DNA of 64,000 nucleotides from a bacterium (GTDB lineage Bacteria > JAAXHH01): the NCBI GenBank assembly GCA_965262815.1, contig OZ253560.1, positions 2,868,582 to 2,932,581 of the forward strand, read 5' to 3'. The number at the start of each line of letters is the position of its first letter. Positions within the stretch are counted from its first letter, which is position 1. Positions 61,918 through 64,000 of this stretch are shown here, piece by piece. The translations under genes and the position numbers were made by a program. The notes under the pieces are model-generated. The model saw nothing but the letters and a program-made list of their open reading frames with translations, ran no database searches and was not told where the DNA came from.

Positions 61918-62745
61918 TTACTCGATCCAGGGATCCATACGGAACAACTTGCGGCCCAGCGGCGTCAGCATGGCCAGTGCCTCGGAACTCATGGACCGGT
62001 CGGGTCCCGGGGCGAGACGGGCCTCTTCGCCCTCCAGGGGATACAGGCGGGTGAAATGGGCGACCCTGGGCACACTTCGGTGATTGGCGCTGGCGGCGTG
62101 GGGCATCAGGTGGTGCATGAGCACGAAGTCGCCCGCGTCCCCTTTGACCTCCACCGACGGCGGAAAATCAACGACGTGGGTCCATGTGTCGTTGCGCGAT
62201 AGTCCTTCCGGTTCGTTGAGCATGACGTCCCTCACCCTGTTCGGCGCGCCGGGAATAACGTGGATGCCGCCGCCGTTTTCTTCGACGTGAGACAGGTAGT
62301 AGCATCCGCCGATGCCGATACCGTGGCGCAGGAATGGAGGGTTCAGATCCTCCGGTCCGCCCGGCCGCGCGTCCAGGTGCAGGTTTTGAATGCGCCCTTC
62401 GCGCCCTTTATCCCGCAGGGTAATCCCCACAGAGCCGTCTCCCACCCGGATGCAGTCGGTTTCGAGGATTTCGGCCGCGGCCCGGTAGAGCCCTTCGTTT
62501 TGAAGCAGGGGAAGCAGCGCCGGACTGTAGAAACTGTGGTTTCCGTCGGTGTGCATGGGTTTGATCCTGCCGCAGTACGCGATATAGTGGTCCGGCAGGG
62601 AAAGGTCGCGGGGGATCAAATCAAGAATGGCGTTGCGGGCGGTTTCCACCGTAGCGGCGTCCAGGGTACCCTTCAGCACCAGGTAGCCGTCGGACCAGAA
62701 TTGCTCCAGTTGTTCGCCGGTCAGGTAACGGGGGGTCTCGTTCAT
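61918..62745 (-). CDS. Phytanoyl-CoA dioxygenase (PhyH) family oxygenase
   Basis: FWSDGYLVLKGTL...IHVIPGAPNR...VLMHHLMPHAAS. First gene of the minus-strand PhyH-membrane-sulfatase operon. Confidence 0.75.
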   Translation of the reverse strand: MNETPRYLTGEQLEQFWSDGYLVLKGTLDAATVETARNAILDLIPRDLSLPDHYIAYCGRIKPMHTDGNHSFYSPALLPLLQNEGLYRAAAEILETDCIRVGDGSVGITLRDKGREGRIQNLHLDARPGGPEDLNPPFLRHGIGIGGCYYLSHVEENGGGIHVIPGAPNRVRDVMLNEPEGLSRNDTWTHVVDFPPSVEVKGDAGDFVLMHHLMPHAASANHRSVPRVAHFTRLYPLEGEEARLAPGPDRSMSSEALAMLTPLGRKLFRMDPWIE

Positions 62746-62791
62746 GGAACGCTAATAAACATTTTAGAATTAAAAAATGCGGGTACAAAAC

Positions 62792-63205
62792 TTAAGGGCA
62801 GGTGTCTTGTCTCAACAGTTTTTTGTGTTTCGTGGTTTGGTAAACACTCCCGTTAACAACAGATTTAAAGTCAGTATGCAGATTGGTGTCGCCCGAGACT
62901 AACAGCTTAACCTTGGCTATCCTGGCCAAGGCGATTATATCAGGGTCGTCAGATTTCAGTTGAGGTAATGATCTTTTATCCTGTTCAACTTCTCTTGCTG
63001 GATATTGTTTCAGTTTTCCATTTTCTCTGAATTGATCAAACTGCTTTCTCATCTTGTCGTGTTTTTCCAATTCTTGTTTCAATTTTAATGTCGGTGAGTA
63101 CACCATCTTACCATTTTTGCTCATCCATTTTCTTACGAGTTCCATATCTTGGTTTTCAGGATTTACATACTCACTAAATTTGTTGGTATCTAAAATAAGA
63201 CACAT
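62792..63205 (-). CDS. PIN-like small protein (putative nuclease/toxin component) in low-GC islet
   Basis: 137 aa. N-terminus MCLILDTNKF is the canonical first acidic PIN motif. Later acidic residues lie in DPDIIALARIA and LVSGDTNLHTDF. Starts 10 nt downstream of the ATPase stop. Confidence 0.5.
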   Translation of the reverse strand: MCLILDTNKFSEYVNPENQDMELVRKWMSKNGKMVYSPTLKLKQELEKHDKMRKQFDQFRENGKLKQYPAREVEQDKRSLPQLKSDDPDIIALARIAKVKLLVSGDTNLHTDFKSVVNGSVYQTTKHKKLLRQDTCP

Positions 63206-63215
63206 AAATGTACTT

Positions 63216-64000
63216 TCAATTTGTAAAACCTAGTAACCTATCCGATTCATTTATGAAAAAGTTTCTATAGCCAGGTGGAGCACCTATAAGATTGCCTTGT
63301 TTGTCGAAACTTATATTGTGAACTCTCACTCGGTTGCCAACAGGTTCTAAGTATATAAGTGAGACATCCTGTGGTGCGATTACACCATTCATGATTTCAA
63401 TTCGTGCTCTATTTACCATAGCATCACTATGAGTCTCAATCACATATCTGTGCTTCTTGCTTTTAATGGTTTCAATCAACATTGAAGACAGTTCAGCTTG
63501 GCCTTTGGGATGTAAATGTACCTCTGGCTGCTGCATTAAGAAAACCGTCTTAGAGTATGCGTTGTAGATTCGGACAAGGATCGGAAGAATTTGACTCACT
63601 CCGTATCCCACATCAGTGAAATTTACTTTAGGTCCTTTTACCTTAATCTGTAGTTGATATGGATCGCCAATTGACTTCCCCAGTCTTCTGACATTTACAT
63701 CGGTAAACAAGCCAGATGATTTTCCAAACTTAATTAAACTGTCTCTTAGTTCACCCCATCTATCCTTATTCGCTCTTGACATATTCATAATCAACATCGG
63801 GATGTCGATTCCTTCTGGGTTCTCTTCCTCTTTAAACGGATTGTAGGTGCGTTGAGGTTTAGAGCGCACCGGAGCAAAACTGACTATATCAGGTTGGTCA
63901 AACCTACTATTGCTGAAGAACAAGGAACTAGGTTTTATATCGAGTAAATTCGAAATAGCATTTCTGAATTTCTCAAAAACTCTAAAGTTCTTGGGTACTG
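63216..64000 (-). CDS. ABC-type (AAA_21/AAA_15-like, DUF3696-type C-terminus) ATPase, C-terminal part; N-terminus beyond window end
   Basis: VFLMQQPEVHLHPKGQAELSSMLIE is a Walker B/D-loop. IETHSDAMVNR is an H-loop. Walker A lies outside the window. Locally low GC. Confidence 0.6.
   Translation of the reverse strand, partial: VPKNFRVFEKFRNAISNLLDIKPSSLFFSNSRFDQPDIVSFAPVRSKPQRTYNPFKEEENPEGIDIPMLIMNMSRANKDRWGELRDSLIKFGKSSGLFTDVNVRRLGKSIGDPYQLQIKVKGPKVNFTDVGYGVSQILPILVRIYNAYSKTVFLMQQPEVHLHPKGQAELSSMLIETIKSKKHRYVIETHSDAMVNRARIEIMNGVIAPQDVSLIYLEPVGNRVRVHNISFDKQGNLIGAPPGYRNFFINESDRLLGFTN

Overview
High-GC (about 62%) bacterial chromosomal segment, densely coding on both strands, with no rRNA, tRNA, CRISPR or transposase genes found. 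Gene content is dominated by catabolic and accessory functions. There are nine phytanoyl-CoA dioxygenase (PhyH) family Fe(II)/2-oxoglutarate oxygenase paralogs, three formylglycine-type sulfatases and two large paralogous polytopic membrane proteins. It also carries a cytoplasmic sulfated-glycan degradation set (GH89 alpha-N-acetylglucosaminidase, BNR sialidase, beta-propeller GH), many amidohydrolases/aminotransferases/formamidases, gamma-glutamyltranspeptidase, KorAB 2-oxoacid:ferredoxin oxidoreductase, an arsR-arsC-acr3 arsenic operon, and an MFP-RND-RND efflux operon. A Minf_1886-family protein and the sulfatase/PhyH expansion hint at a PVC-superphylum-like or similar marine heterotroph, but no taxonomy can be proven here. 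The most unusual element is an ECF sigma factor translationally coupled to an anti-sigma factor whose zinc-finger (HxxxCxxC) N-domain is fused to a complete O6-alkylguanine-DNA alkyltransferase (PCHR active site) and a C-terminal Ada-type Cys4 zinc methyl-acceptor domain. This suggests a candidate alkylation-sensing sigma/anti-sigma switch. Other notable items are a duplicated membrane-protein + cytoplasmic sulfatase + PhyH module (54.0-62.7 kb) and a low-GC islet at the window end with an ABC-type ATPase plus PIN-like protein (candidate defense/TA pair). Lesser oddities include orphan MurT, two Tat-exported PLP aminotransferases, a formamidase with a 200-aa disordered tail, and a J-domain protein with a perfect 3x24-bp repeat. 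Start codons were adjusted from the ORF track where RBS or homology supported it; many long antisense ORFs in the track are GC-driven artefacts.
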